64,000 bases of DNA, taken from positions 18,972,995 to 19,036,994 of the forward strand of contig OZ037765.1 in NCBI GenBank assembly GCA_964035545.1. The letters are read 5' to 3'. Position numbers and translations under genes: made by a program. Within the stretch, counting starts at the first letter, position 1. Every line of letters starts with the position of its first letter. A model generated the notes under the pieces. That model saw only the letters and a program-made list of their open reading frames with translations, did not search any database and was not told where the DNA came from. Of the stretch, positions 1 through 36,000 are shown piece by piece. Source of the DNA: Bugula neritina. Its lineage: Eukaryota; Animalia; Bryozoa.

Positions 1-140
1 ATCTATATTTTTTATTGTGTTGCTATTTATTTTATGTATATATGGTTCATGCATGTATTTTATTATGTTTATTTTGTTTTAAATACTGCGCTATAATTCT
101 ATAAATGATCTATAGGAAAGCATAGATTCTAATTTCACAC

Positions 141-22823
<22,683 letters not shown>

Positions 22824-23081
22824 TTTCAGTATCAACAGTTGGAATCCTCAACTCAGAATGAATATTGTTGAGAGTAGAATAGGAAGCCACTTTTCAACAA
22901 GTTTGCATTGCTGGCAACGTGATATTAGGCATTTTAAAATAATTTACTCCCCACTCTATGTCGTAATATATAGTTGTTGAGAGATAGTTAACAGTCTTTG
23001 GTAGATTGCTAGCTACCAAAAGCGTTCAAGCGTTTATGAAACCGCATGGTGTAACTATACGTTACCAAAAGAAAAACTTGA

Positions 23082-23384
23082 CCCCTCATTCACACTTTGC
23101 CGTATCATACGCCGTAACAGCAAATATCAGCCACTTTTACGAATGTTTGAGTTTCCTGTACGCCGGTGCGATACGTTAAGATCAAGCACTGATTGATTCA
23201 AACAAGTTGCGGCGAGCTCCTATATTAGACAGGAAAACTTTGTCATGAACCGATTGGATATAAGTGTTCAATGAAGTGTGATAGATGTACCTAATAGCAA
23301 ACTTTGAAAACTTCAGCCCGGACATATTAAAAGTGGCTGATATTTGACGTTAGGGTCTATGGTACAACAAGTGTAAATGAGAGG
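23082..23384. mobile_element. piggyBac-like MITE about 260 bp upstream of copy A ATG
   Basis: ~60-bp imperfect TIRs (CCCCTCATTCACACTT...CAAATATCAGCCACTTTTA / TAAAAGTGGCTGATATTTG...AAGTGTAAATGAGAGG); TTAA-like flanks TTGA/TTAG. Confidence 0.65.
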
Positions 23385-23717
23385 TTAGACTCCATAAACA
23401 GCTTGGTTCCTCGTAATCATATAACCGAATACCAACCGCGCTATATACTTCACTCAGCCTATACTATTTCATTATAGTTATGTTCCGAGAAAAGAGCTCC
23501 TCATTGCAGTCATGCCTCAAGAAAATAATGATTTAGTTTCTGAAGATACGGATGAGTGTAATAAAAATGTTATAACCATTAACACTAAGCCTATGCTTAA
23601 ACTTTCATTGCATGAATGGATATGAAGCGGAAAGATGATGCAATAAGTTCTACAATGAGAAATGTTAGACTTACGCTATTTCTGGTTGTTTTGATTGTTA
23701 TTTTTGTTGATACTTTT

Positions 23718-23758
23718 AAGCGTAGCTTAAGTCTTTTGTTGAGACTTAAGCTACGCTT
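23718..23758. repeat. 17-bp perfect hairpin, probably the core of a small MITE
   Basis: AAGCGTAGCTTAAGTCT-tttgttg-AGACTTAAGCTACGCTT. Confidence 0.7.
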
Positions 23759-26136
23759 GAAATTATCAACAAAACTAAGCTTGTAGAATTTCTTAAACAT
23801 CAGCCAAGTAAAAATATACAGTGAATTACCTAATATTCTTTCACTCAACTACAATATCCTAGTTTAATAATAAGTCAAGTTATTCTAATAATCACAGACA
23901 GTAGATGTTGCATCCCTAATAATCCTCAAAAATTATATTGCTTATAGATCTTGAAGACAAATACTTAGATATAGTGTATGCCTTCCAGAGACAAATGGGA
24001 ATATGATTGAGGCCTACTTATAACAGTGTATAATTTATGCTGATGTGGTGAAAAAAAATTTCAAAGAGAAACCTAAAGAAGAAAAGTTGTTATTGCGACT
24101 AAAAAACAGTCAATCAATCAATAAGAAAATAAGAATTTTCTACAATATAAAGACTATGATGGACGTTTGGAATACGACGATATTTTGACAAGAATTAAAA
24201 CTCAAGGCATATTTAATGCCAATTTTTATATGCAGTTAATTCTATTGCAAAAAACTATTTAATAAACCACACTTTAAAATAATTTATGGTAGTTATGATT
24301 TGATTAACTGTGTACCATTCTAGTTTAACAAGTTCAAACATGTTTAAACACGCATGTCAAATGTGCTATGAGGTTACAATTGATAGGTTTTCAATAATTT
24401 CCCACTCATTAGAGAACTCAATATTGAATGTGTCTTTAATGAATACAGAATGTCCTGTAAATAATTCCCTTATTTGAAAAGGTTTTATCTTGCTGAATTT
24501 TTTGGTTTATTATTTTAGAAAAAAAACTTCTTACAATTAGACATTCATAAAGGTACAGGCAAAGCTTCGCTTAAATATCCAATTTTCACACGACCTGAAT
24601 CTTAAAAGATGATTTCATGTCTAAAAAAGTACTATCTACAAGTAATGCTTAGTGAGAAAAGATACAAGCCAATTTTACCAGGACTTGGATTCCGTAGAAA
24701 TAATTTTGTGCCTAAAAATAGTATTACAGAGAGGTGATGTTTCAATCAAATATATGATTTATAACATATAATATTTAATAATTTAAATTCCATATGAAAC
24801 AATTTCATATCAAAAAACGAATTCCAGAGGAGTAACTAATTCTTGCCAAAAAATAATATCATAGAGAAGTAATGTTTAGATCAAAGATGCAGTTCTGCCA
24901 AAATCTAAATTCAATAGGCAAAAATTCGAAATAACTCTGTGTCTAAAATAAATGACAGAAAGGTGATGGTGAAGTCAAAAATATAATTTAAATTTCATAG
25001 AAAATAACTTTACGTCTCAAAACAAATTCTATAGGAATAATTTTGTATCTAAAAATAATATTACAGAACTGCCATCTCTTTCGAAAGAGTAAATTTTTGT
25101 TTAGTAAATTGAAGTAGGTACCATAAAATCTGTATGTCTATTTCCCTACTGGACATTTTAGGTCCTATCATGGTTGGACGGGGTAGGTACATGGTAAGTA
25201 GTCACTTATGTGGTCCTGGTCCGGTGAGAAGAATGGTGCAGATTGATTGGCTGCACTTGATCACCTATTCAATTTAATTGGTTAAAGAACTGTTAGTAGC
25301 TTGACAGATCAAAACCAACTAGTGGTGGATATTTACTATGTTTCTATTATTATAGCATTATCCGAATGGATATTTTTATTCCGTTAAAATAAATAGTCAC
25401 ATCGGATGAATCCGTTACTATAAGTTATTGCAAATCGCAAACCACAAATAATAGGGCTTTCATTCGCATAATGCATGTGCAGTCATGGAAACGCAGTGAT
25501 AGAGGGGCTAATGTTGATGCAAATATTTTTAGCAGTAGCCTAATATGTATCCGAAAGCGCAAATGTTTTAGCTCACCTGTTTCTGTAACTATATAAGTAT
25601 CAAAAAGGTATTAGTAAAAGTTTTTGTTTTAGATAAAAACTTTCTAATAAATTGGAATACAATGATTTGTAGATAATCCACCTTTGGTAAACCTCGCACC
25701 GGTTTTTCATAGTTAAAACTGTAGTGACAAAGTAAAAATTTAGTCTTACAAACTCAATACATAATCATAATGATAATCAAGTTCAAAATTTTAATATTAA
25801 TAGTATTAGTATTATAACTATTAGTAATGAAATGTTCAACTCAATTATCATTATGATCATGCATTACTATAAATATTAGTAATTATTGTTAGCAGTAGTA
25901 TTACTTTTACTAGGTTTATTATTAGTACTACTGCTAGCAGTAGTACTAGTAGTAATTTGTTTATGTTGCTAAATTTAATAGTATATTAGTAATAGAATTA
26001 CTATTAGTATTACTGCTATTGTCTGTTACCATTTGACTTACACTCACAGTTACTCGAGCTGTTACTCTTCAACTGTCTTAAGTATTGCCATTAACTGCAT
26101 GTAAGCTGTTTGTGTTACTATTAGTATTATTATTAA

Positions 26137-26331
26137 CACACACACAGCACACAGCACACAGCACACAGCACACACAGCACACACAGCACACACAGCACGC
26201 AGCACACAGCACACAGCACACAGCACACAGCACACAGCACACAGCACACAGCACACAGCACACAGCACACAGCACACAGCACACAGCACACAGCACACAG
26301 CACACAGCACACAGCACACAGCACACAGCAC

Positions 26332-26370
<39 letters not shown>
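26137..26370. repeat. (CACAGCA)n + (CA)n tandem repeat
   Basis: Direct reading. Confidence 0.95.
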
Positions 26371-26371
<1 letters not shown>

Positions 26372-27647
26372 ACATGATCTAAAAATTACCATTGAAGTAA
26401 ACAAGAAAGTGGTCAACTATCTAGATATAAATTTTGACATCAACAAAAGAGTACACAAACCCCATGTAAAACCTAACAGCGAAATCGTATATGTAAACTC
26501 TAAATCTAACCACCCTCCCCATATCATAAGAAACATCCCACAAGCCATAAACAGCAGGCTTTCCAACCTCTCATCTAACGAAGAAGTGTTTAGTCAAACA
26601 ACAAAGATACACCAAGAAGCTCTAACAAAAGTGGGTATAAACACAGCTTAACATTCTAGTCTACATACACTACTAGCAGACCAAAAAGAGGAAGAAGATG
26701 AAATATCACATGGTATAACCCCCTTTTTCCAAAAGTGTAACAAGTTACCTGGGAAAGCAATTTTTTAGAATCCTGGAGGAAGAAATACCCAGAGATCACA
26801 AACTCTACAAAATTTTCAACAAAAACAACATAAAACTCAGTTACAGTTGCTGCAGAAATTTGAACATAATCAACAGCCACAATAAAAAATTACTCAACCC
26901 AGAAATCCAACCTCCTCGAGAATGTAACTGCAGAAGCAACATGGTGTGCCCCCTAGATGGAAAATGCCTCACAAAGTGCATCATATACCAAGCTACAGTT
27001 ACAACTAAAGATGGCAACCAACCCCAAACCTACGTGGGAACATCAGAAACATAATTCAAAACCAGATTATACAACCACAAATCAACTTTCAACAACAAAA
27101 CAAAAAAGACCCATACTGAATTGAGCAAATACATTTGGGAATTAAAAGACAAGAACACTAATTTTAACATAACATGGAAAATTATGAAAAAGACAAACTC
27201 ATAAAACAAAGTTACTAAAAGGTGCAACCTATGCCTATAGGAAAAGTATTTCATAGTATACCAGTCCAGTACATCTTCCCTTGATAACAGGAATGAGATT
27301 TTATCCACATGCAGACATGCACAAAAGCACTACTTGGGCAACGTTACATAACAATTCAAGCACTTATTACCTATTATATATTAGCTTTTTTCCATTGAAT
27401 AACTAGCTTTATAGTCTAATCCTTTTACAATTGGAATGCTTTATAGATTGTATTTATTTATTTATTTTTAGTCTGACACCTGACGAGAGCAGTTTACCGT
27501 ACGAAACTATTTAGTCGTGTGAGATTTTTTTTAAATAAAAAATATATATCTTTAACAATCTGAAAGCACTACATTATATTAGCTCTGTCACTTGTGATAT
27601 CGAGCACTTTAATTTACAGGAACTCCAACTAGATTGACAATCAGCAT

Positions 27648-27651
<4 letters not shown>
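26371..27651 (+). mobile_element. 5'-truncated, degenerate Penelope-like element (RT thumb + GIY-YIG endonuclease)
   Basis: VNYLDI...YVNSKSNHPP, WYNP, KLSYSC, CNCRSNMVCPLDGKC, IIYQATV...YVGTSE, ELSKYIWELK, CNLC. Stops and frameshifts are present. Flanked by (CA)/(TA) repeats. Confidence 0.88.
27473..27523 (+). ncRNA. Minimal type-I hammerhead ribozyme (degenerate stem II) in the 3' end of the Penelope-like element
   Basis: acac-CTGACGA-...-GAAA-ctatttag-TC-gtgt. Confidence 0.65.

Positions 27652-27723
<72 letters not shown>
27652..27723. repeat. (TA)n microsatellite
   Basis: Direct reading. Confidence 0.93.
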
Positions 27724-27729
<6 letters not shown>

Positions 27730-27981
27730 AGGAAAAGAGCAATTTAATTATATAGATGTTGTTTTATTGCACTACTAATAGTTTCATGCCTCTTCGGCAC
27801 TCCTCAGGCACAATATCTGAGGAGTGCCGAAGAGGCATGAAACTATTAGTAGTGCAATAAAACAACATCTATATAATTAAATTGCTCTTTTCCTCAATAA
27901 TATAATTGCTCATTATTATACACATAATAATTTGAGCACTTTTTTATCCGCTGTTTTTTAAAAATCTCACGATACAATTAT

Positions 27982-27984
<3 letters not shown>
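27720..27984. mobile_element. Penelope-type pseudo-LTR fragment with an 88-bp perfect inverted repeat carrying hammerhead cores on both strands
   Basis: Arms 27720-27807 and 27817-27904 with a 9-bp spacer. CTGAGGA-gtgcc-gaaga-ggcat-GAAA-ctattag-TA. Flanked by (TA)n on both sides. Confidence 0.7.

Positions 27985-28039
<55 letters not shown>
27985..28039. repeat. (TA)n microsatellite
   Basis: Direct reading. Confidence 0.93.
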
Positions 28040-30835
28040 GATTTAACTCAACTATCCAATTGTCACTGGGCACACAGAGTGCCCTGCTTATAAAGGAGAG
28101 CTTTATGTAGATTGGCTGTATAAGTTCTGTTTGTCAGGCCACCATATTGGGTGCTGTACAGCGGGGTGGGGCATCACAGACTGCTGCTATAGGCCGTCAT
28201 TTTCGAGAGTGCCGCACTTAATGTGAGTAATTTGTCTATAATACAAAAATACTGCTAATGGCTATTGCATAGGCCAGGTTTCAAGTACGTAGGTGGAACG
28301 GAAGATAGCACGACATATCCCACGGTCTTCACAATATCACTATAGCTATTAATATTACCATACCACAACTATTACTAGTATTTGTAGGCTAGACTAGATA
28401 TTAGTTATTGCTATTGCTATTAGTATTACTATTACTCTATATTAGCAAGTGGGCAGCACTTGCTGAAATAACTTATACAAATGTGAAAAAAAAAATAATT
28501 TATTTTCTTTGCTTGTGTAAATTGCAATTGTATTTTTTCAAGTTTTCAATAGATAATATCAGTACGTATAAGCTGATATTGTGCAAAATAAAGTATATTC
28601 TGCTAAAAAAACTAGCTCTTGAAGTATTCATGCAATCATATATGTACTTTTAAATCATTTATTGGATATAGTATAGCAGCATAGTAGTATAGCAGCATAT
28701 GTGTAGCTAGATGTACTACCACCTCCTCAAGCTGGTTTTGAGCCATCTTTATGTTTTGAGCATACACCTTGTAGCTAACACATAATCATGTTAACAGCCT
28801 AATTCCATTGTTCATGTAATATATACAGGTCAAATTACATCAGTTGGGCAACTTTTATAATTGCCAAGCAAAATAATATAATTTTGTTCTTGCTTTTCCC
28901 AGTTTGTACTAAATGAGGTGAACTGACCCAATCATATAAATGTAAATATATATGTAAATATAAATATAAATAGTTTATGCATATAATATGTTCATCAGTG
29001 CATTTTTGAAATGCAATACTCTCTAATTTGTAATTTTTTTAGCGTGTGCTTTTCTTTTACCTTATGGCTTTTCTTAAAGCAGACAGAATGTCGATCTTTT
29101 AAATAGTGGCAGCTGATATATGAAGTCACCATCACCACATAAGGTGATTCACAGAGATTATGACAGTTTGGACAGATACGCACATGTGCACACGTTCGGG
29201 GAAGCATGGGTGCAAATGTAAAAACAAAAAATTCCTATGGATTGATTTAAATACAATTTTTCAAAATTTTTTTGCAATTATATAATAATATATTAAAAAT
29301 ATATTATATAAGTCGGCATGCACTACATTATATAGTGAATACAGCAAGTTGCCTTTACGTGGCTAGAACATAAATTTAGAATTAACAGCTTTCTACACAT
29401 GAAATTTAGAGTTATCTTACTATTTTCTTTCTTTGCAGATATATGATGTATATATAGGCTTTATATAGAAAGAAAACAATTTAGGCTGCAGCAGACTTAC
29501 ATACCATGCATTTGTTTTTAATCTACTATTTTGAATATGTTCCATGTTTTTATGCCATCTGTTATACTTGTATTACTATATTATCTTAATTATAAGTATG
29601 ATTAAAATTTATATAATTACTAGAAAAGTAATGTTTTTATCAGTTCAACTCCAAATGAATAGATATAAAACTGTCAGTAAACCTCTTTTTAGTAAAAAAA
29701 TGTTCACTGACTGCGGCAATTTTTCATCAAAAACTGGTGCTAACAACGAACACCATTTTAATTTTATTAGCTTGACATACAGGATGCATTATTTTTACTG
29801 TTATAGAATAAATCAATTTAATATCTCAGTTGTATGATTTATATTATATGTCTGTTAGATAACAGGCAGCTGGTATATGGTTCTGTGGCGCATTCATCTC
29901 TTTACTGTCAACTTAATATTTATTGCCTTGCTGTCACAACTGAATATTTGTAAATTATTCTTTTCTATACTAGCTTATTTCTATTTTTGTTTTTCTATTA
30001 TTAGTAAGTTAATATAAGCAATATAGTTTTTATTGGCGTAAACAGTATTTTGCCTGTGTTTCTTTTTATGCTAGATCCAACTAAATATATACTGACTTTA
30101 ATAACTTGTTATAAATTTACTGAAAACTGTAAAAAACTGTAAAAAATATAATTATATTTAGTTTGTAAGTTAAAGAGGGGTATATTGAAACTGACACGCT
30201 TTTCAGGGTGTTTAGTAAAAATGGCAGAGGTAAAAATGGCACACAGGTAAATATGGCATAAATGAAAAAGTAGGTAAAATATAACATTCCTTAGACAAGA
30301 CCAAGATTGTTTTCTACAAAATAAATGGTTACCTCTTCTCGGCGAAAAAAGCATTTTCAACCTGAAGGTGCAATCTGTTTTTCTGAGCATCACCAATATA
30401 TGCCTGCATATGGTATTTGTTTATGTTTTGTTATATTGACAATGCATGGTTATTGTATGTCAATTGTTTATAGAAGAGTAATTAAAAAGATTGTCTAGTT
30501 GTGAGATGTGAACTTTAATGCTCTATATTTTAGATAAGGGCAGTTAAATAATGCATGGGTATCAAGAAAAATGGTGAATTGAAATGTATAAGAATGATTA
30601 TATAAAGCTGTTGCCTCTATCTGAAATCAAACCTCTGGCTTGCAAGCAGGCATGATAAACATGGGTAAAGTCAACTCTACAGATTACTGTATAAAAATTG
30701 TCATCATAAGTGATAAAATGCATGGTGAACAGTTATGGTGCTAATAGTCTACTGTTGTGAAGCTATATTTCAGTGTCTAGTATATAATATAAAAGGTCAG
30801 CTACTCGAATTATTGTACTAGTTATAAGTGAGTCA

Positions 30836-30951
30836 CTAGAAGAAAAGCAAATGTTTGCTGACTAAATGCATTGTGAGCGGAAACAGGAAGTGTGACAAGA
30901 CAAGGGTGTTTGCTGACTTGTCCTGATTTTTTAGGTTGGATGCCCATTCAA
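30836..30951 (-). CDS. Carboxylesterase B terminal exon (GPI-signal-like tail)
   Basis: (V)[37 protein letters not shown]; homologous to 47367-47503; tgtag acceptor. Confidence 0.7.
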
Positions 30952-31204
30952 CTACAAAGTAAAATGTAACATGATATTAGATTATGAACAGTTGAAACTA
31001 TAATATCACTTAGATGTAGCTAGATGATTTTAAATAGAATAAGGGGCTAAATATCTCCTCAAACTTTTTATAAGTTTTTTGAAGATATTTTTTATAAATA
31101 TTTGTGGTCATCTTCATACAATATTTCAAGCACTAAGTTTATAAAAAGCTACATCTTTTATTTTATTGCTATTTTTGACTTATATTATTATCATTATTGT
31201 TATT

Positions 31205-31322
<118 letters not shown>

Positions 31323-31640
31323 CTATATTTTTTTATGTTAGATACATTATTACAATTCTGTGAATTGTCTTTAGGAAACCAAAATTTCTAATTCCACACC
31401 TAATATGATTTCAGTTTTCAATTTTAAATGTTCATTCATACAGAGATACCTAAATAATAAACATGACTGTTTTTAGTCACTACCATGCTCAGTAAATCAT
31501 TAATAGATCTAAAATTTGAGGTCTTCAATTGCACATTCACTAACATCTGGCTAAACAAATTGTAAAACATAAACCAGATAAGTATTTTAAAAATCACATA
31601 ATATATTTTTGCAAATAGGATATATGCTTAAGTGTGATAT

Positions 31641-32052
31641 CGTAGTATTTTTGCGTGGTTGTGAAATATATTAAGCAATGTGTATAGTCTATCACTAGTA
31701 ATCAGCAAGAAGAGTTTTCTAAGCTTGAAATGATAACGTTTTTATTATTCTTCTAGATGTATCTTGGGCGAGCTCCGGTAGTAGACCGAATAACAACTGT
31801 GAACTTGCCACCTTATACAGTAGCAACACTCTCCTTCCGAAATCTGGTTCGATCGTTGGCCGAAGTTCTGCCAGATCTCGGAGTTCCGGTGGTTGAAATG
31901 ATCGATGTGCAGGCCAATCACGCTTCTAAAACTCCGAAAAATGTCAAACTTCGGCCTAGGATCGGCTCACATAAAAGTATAAGAAAGTATTATATTTAAA
32001 TAAAAGGAAATGGGAAAGACAGATAAAAAACTGATTACCGAAAACCACTACA
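31641..32052 (-). repeat. 3' LTR of Gypsy element 2
   Basis: Diverged direct repeat of 38658-39068. Confidence 0.85.
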
Positions 32053-32233
32053 CACACCCCCTTCAAAAAGTTCAAAAAGTACTTTTCCGATGTAACAAGA
32101 AAACTGGTTTTGGGGGAAATAAAGAGAAAAGAGTATTACAGCAGCGTATAAAAAATGACAAAAATAATATAAAATCTAGCACAATTTCAGATTTTGAGTA
32201 TTATTATGTACCAGTATCATAATAGGAGCACAA

Positions 32234-33000
32234 TTAGTGGCGTCACCCGCCACTAGAGCGTTCTAGGCAATCGACAGGTCACCGCAAAGTAAAAAGGTCC
32301 TCCTCAACCTGCCGCATGTGACGCCGGAGGCGGTGGACTTCTTTTTCGTGCAAGCAGCGAGGTGGCCGAGTTGCCATGACTGCATGACGGTGAGGTGGCT
32401 AGGGTATTATGGCTGTCGGACAGCGTGATGGCTTTCTGGCTTCTTGGGTCCTCTTCTGTTTTTGAGATTTGGCCCAGGAGCCCTCAATCCCTGTAGTTGT
32501 CTCGGCATTGCCATCCACCTGAGCCAGCACAACCAGCAATGACTGGGTGGCCTCTGGCTGGGTGGCGGTTCCAGTCTTCTCATTCATGCTGTCTTAGAGG
32601 GGCCGGGTACTTCATAGCGAGTGATGTCTGTTTGCGCAGGTTCTCGACATGAGGTAGAATGAGGTTTGGAAACTCTGGAAAGTTTACTTTTTCTACGATG
32701 AATGTTTTGCCTGTGTAACAGCGGGCTATGCACTGGTGGCACAGCACATAGTCTCGCTGGTAGGAAAACTTCCCACACGGACAAAACACATTTACAAAGT
32801 GCTGAGGGGCGTGGACTCTCAGTCACCGGGTGGTAAAAAATTTCCTTCCACATTGACGGTACCTGAGACTGCTTGACTCGCCGCATGTCTCCTCTATCCT
32901 GTTGTGCCGTCAGGACTTAGAGTGATGCCAACTACTTAGAATAACCTGCTCTTTCTCCTTGGGCAACTGCAACTTTATAGGCTCCAAAGCAGGCGTCTCA
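32234..33000 (-). pseudogene. Decayed zinc-finger accessory ORF of Gypsy element 2
   Basis: RIEETCGESSSLRYRQCGRKFFTTR*LRVHAPQHFVNVFCPCGKFSYQRDYVLCHQCIARC...NFPEFPNLI, aligning with ORF 60153-60974; coiled-coil-like end EVHRLRRHMRQVEEDLFTL. Confidence 0.7.
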
Positions 33001-36000
33001 AGAATGGCAGGGGCTGTTCATCAAGTGGAGGAGAACCTCTCGAGCTGCTAAAAGCTGAGCAGGAGTCTTGAGAGAGAGGGGAGTCAACCGGACTCGGCCT
33101 AACCTCTTCACAATTCATTGCAGCTTCTGTAATACACAGTAGAGGCAGTGACTAGCTGGTTATACTGGTGCCAAAATTTGGCCTCTGCTTATACGAAGCC
33201 CTGCAGTGGAAGGGCAAAATAGGTGCAACCCGGAGAGCCGCCAACCCCACCTCCTGATTCAGCAGGTAGTTTTTGGGTGGTGTCTCTCTAAGGTCCATCT
33301 GATATTTCCCATTACTAAAAAGCTTGGCCTCATGCTAATAGACCGGTGAGAATGTGTCAAAAGAAAGATTAGACTTCAAAAATAGAGGGTCTAGTGCAAT
33401 AGAAATACCTGATTGTGTATTAGTGCTGTCTTGGTCCGTGACTTTACCCATATTAATTTTTTGAAATTGTGGAATCGGTTCAATAACCTGTCTGTTTTTC
33501 TTGAGCGGTAGAGAGAAAGTGACTGAGCCTCATGTTTATAAATTTAAATTTGAAGACTTTTGGTCAGGTGTACGGTCACTCAATCTATTAGCTTTCTAAA
33601 TGATAACTCCGAACATCGAGACCTCTCCAATTTTTGATACGCGTCTTTATCTGTATATAATGTATTTCTTGGGTTTTTGGCTTTTGAATTTGATTGTTTA
33701 CCCGAAATGGGAGTACAGTCCCTTGGGGGCAAATCTGTTAAATGTCCCACATGGAAATCGGCCAGATGTTTCGGTGATCTATTCTTCTGGCTCCTTTCTA
33801 AGGTGTCAGGCAAAGGCGTGCCATGCTGATTTTTGGGTTCGGCAGGTTCGCTTATCCCCGCCCTCGCCCACCAAGAAAAATGGGGGCATCCTCTACCCCC
33901 AGGGCTGCCGGGGTTGGGTCCAAGGCTGGCTGATCTAAAAGTCTAAGCTGAGGAAGCGGTTTTGGTGCGTCATCGGGCTTTGCTGGGTTGCGGTCGAAGA
34001 TCTCCCAATCTCTAGGTCACGCCACTCTTCCTCGAATGATGGGTTGATAGGCCGGCTCCAGTAGTGGAGGTGCATTTCCCACAGCATCCGGGCTGCCATA
34101 ATAGGATCTTAGCCGCTGCTCATTTTAGACTGAGATCTGCCCTGAGCGCTTTACACGGTATGTGTGGTTGGGTAAAACCTTTACTACACAGTTGGTCCTA
34201 CGAACTTGGGCTGAAGTTTAGCAGCCTGTTCGCGACGCCTACTGTAACTGAGCATCCATACTCAGTCTCGTAGTTAGTACAAGGGAGGCTCTTTTGAGTC
34301 TTCTATCGGCACTTTTCACTGCTTTTCTCACAGAGCATCGTAAGCTTTCTCTATCATTTTCATCAACTTCCCCACCTACTCGTGCACTCAGGCGCTGGAA
34401 CATGGTATGTCAGGTATTCCGGAATGCGGGTCTCGCGGCCAAGCATCAGAGGGTTTGAGGTCTCTTGTATGCTGGAATGTGGTGTGCTGTGGTAGGCCCA
34501 CATAATTTAAGGCAGCACCACGTTTCATTTCTTCTGACTCTTGCCCAAGATTAGGCTCCTGAGAGCGTCACCCAACATCCGGTTGTTCCGTTACACAACT
34601 CCGTTTCCTTGCGGGTGATCTGGGGTGGTCTGACTCTTATTCATCACCCATATCCGGCAGAGGTCTCCCATTACCTAAGACTAAAACTGAGCACCCTGGT
34701 TTGTATAGATAGAAGTAATAGAACGCATGTTGGTCTAGGGCCCGGGCCACTGTAGGAGCTGACTCGTCTGGAATAGCAAGGGCGTCCGCCCACCGAGTGA
34801 AGTGGCTTGTAAGCAACAGTGTTCAGGTGTTCTCTCTGATGAATAATGGCATAGGCCTGAGTAAGTCTACCGCTACTACTTGCCACAGCTGACCAGCATG
34901 CAGCCAGCGTCGACCTGTGGTTTTTGTAGGGTGGCCATGCTTGCTAGCCTGGCAGGCCTCGAACTGTCGTATCCGCAGTTGCACGTCTCCGTTCAGTCCG
35001 GGCCAGTACCACCTCAGCTGTAGACACCTGATGACCCAACTGGCTTCAACATAGGCCTGTTTATGAGTGTCCCAGATCAGTGCCCGTCGGAGAGCGCATG
35101 GACATACGACATTCTCTTTTCTGGTGACAGTTATCTGCTGCTAGTGATATGGTGAGTAGGCCAACCTGGTTGACCTTGAGGGAATTCCAGCAACGACAGA
35201 GACGTTGGAACTCAACATTTCCCTGCCACTGCTGTTCCTTGGTAGGTCGTCTGCATTCCTCCTTGATTTGGAAGATGTCAGCTACTGCTCCGGGTAGCGT
35301 CTCCTAGAGTCAGCACAGCTCCTTGACAGTCTGATATAGTGTAGGGTTGGTGCGAAGGGCAATGACAATGTCTGAGTGATCTTCAGACCGAAGACGGCCG
35401 TGTTCCCAACTATAGACGTAGTCTTTCTGCAACTTTCCTCTACGTCAAAGTGAGCAGATCCCTCGCCCCATTTCTTTATGTGTAGGCATTGTTTGCACTT
35501 CCCTGTGGCCATAGGCATTTCCATGTTTTGTCTCAGCACAGTATGCAATCTTGTAGAAGAATTTAGCAAGAATCTTTAGCCAACGAGCCACCTGGCTCGA
35601 AGGCTGAGCATACTTGCACAGCCTTATCAGTGAAGCATGGTTCGTTCCTAGCCTGAACGTTTTCTTATACAGATATGACCAGAAGTGCTTGACTGCCTTG
35701 ACTACTGCCAGGATCCCCTTCCTGGTGGTACAGTAGTTTTTCTTTGCAAAAAAGAGGGTCTTACTGTAGTAGGCTACCACCACTGCGCATCTACCCTTGA
35801 CTTGTGATAGTATGGCTCCCACACTGTGACGACTGGTATCAGTGTCCAAGATGTAGTCCTTGGCGAAATCAGCATACGCCAAGATGGGCGCTTCCATTAG
35901 CCAATTCTTGAGATGATCGAATGCCTGCTGTTTTTCTTGTGTCTACTGCCACCTGACGCTCTTGGCGGTGAGTCAATTCAAAGGCTGCGCCATTTCTGCA

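Noticed and set aside
24590-25090. Degenerate tandem repeats (…TGTGTCTAAAAATA…ACAGA)
   Set aside because: Too diverged to define a unit or boundaries by eye; probably old satellite or transposon interior.
26830-27330. Selenocysteine recoding in the Penelope-like ORF
   Set aside because: The conserved Cys positions use TGT/TGC, and the stops seen there are TAA/TAG decay.
28995-29220. Short Cys-rich ORF or possible stray exon
   Set aside because: No recognisable motif, no partner exons, and the alternative frames have stops.
32900-32947. 47-nt intron in the element-2 zinc-finger ORF
   Set aside because: The stretch reads in frame with only a CGA->TGA-type stop and aligns with coding sequence of element 3.
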